Origin: Thermoanaerobaculia bacterium
GTDB taxonomy: Bacteria; Acidobacteriota; Thermoanaerobaculia; UBA5066; Gp7-AA6
Assembly (NCBI GenBank): GCA_038203955.1
Contig: JBBRDK010000007.1
Location: 299 to 64,298, forward strand
Direction: 5' to 3'
DNA length: 64,000 nt
This document shows, piece by piece, positions 63,830 through 64,000 of the stretch. Under the pieces are notes generated by a model. It worked only from the letters and a program-made list of their open reading frames with translations. It was not told the DNA's origin and searched no databases. The position numbers and the translations under genes are program-made. The first letter of the stretch is position 1. Each line of letters opens with the position of its first letter.

Positions 63830-64000
63830 TTACTCCCCGACCGTCGTTTCTTCGGCCGTCTCGGAAATGTTTTCGTTCTCGTCCGACTCGCCGGCCTCGC
63901 CGTCTTTCTCGGCGGGCGGGTTCGCTTCGAAGGCGCGAGCGGACTCGAGGACCTTCTCCGCCGATTTCTGCCCGAGCCCGGGGATTTCCGCGAGCTCCTC
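63830..64000 (-). CDS. nusA: Transcription termination/antitermination factor NusA, C-terminal fragment (5' end beyond the window)
   Basis: Hand translation: EELAEIPGLGQKSAEKVLESARAFEANPPAEKDGEAGESDENENISETAEETTVGE, then stop. HhH motif, and the canonical position upstream of infB. Confidence 0.75.
   Translation of the reverse strand, partial: EELAEIPGLGQKSAEKVLESARAFEANPPAEKDGEAGESDENENISETAEETTVGE

Overview
High-G+C bacterial chromosomal window. The gene content (two sortilin/BNR-repeat proteins, a wHTH-TolB regulator, RND efflux, XDH/Ior molybdoenzymes) suggests an Acidobacteriota-like organism; that assignment is inference only. I support about 50 protein genes, one tRNA-Asp and one multiply frameshifted pseudogene. 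From left to right the window holds: (1) a DUF1611 plus enolase-type epimerase pair with an APC permease; (2) a NitT/TauT-type ABC transporter; (3) tRNA-Asp; (4) a divergent ArsR and CocE/NonD hydrolase pair; (5) a Rieske membrane protein and a histidine kinase; (6) an HNH nuclease; (7) an RND-OMF-MFP efflux operon; (8) a signalling cluster of hemerythrin, two receivers, a Ser/Thr kinase-GAF protein and an orphan SdhC-like cytochrome b; (9) the molybdoenzyme genes; (10) an RsbW/RsbV pair with a polyprenyl synthase; (11) metG, tatD, and the conserved nusA-infB-DUF503-rbfA-truB-rpsO-pnp block. Many adjacent genes overlap by 4 nt (ATGA, GTGA or TTGA). The long Arg/Gly/Pro-rich ORFs in the track are antisense artefacts of high G+C. 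The most unusual signal is non-coding. At least 14 intergenic loci, almost all between 25 and 61 kb, consist of degenerate 7-nt tandem arrays held in strict register. The arrays fall into several sequence families, often occur as inverted pairs, and usually start at or within a few nt of a stop codon. A conserved 56-nt element is embedded among them, with three near-identical copies and two partial ones. I cannot assign these repeats to any class I know. Their function is unproven.
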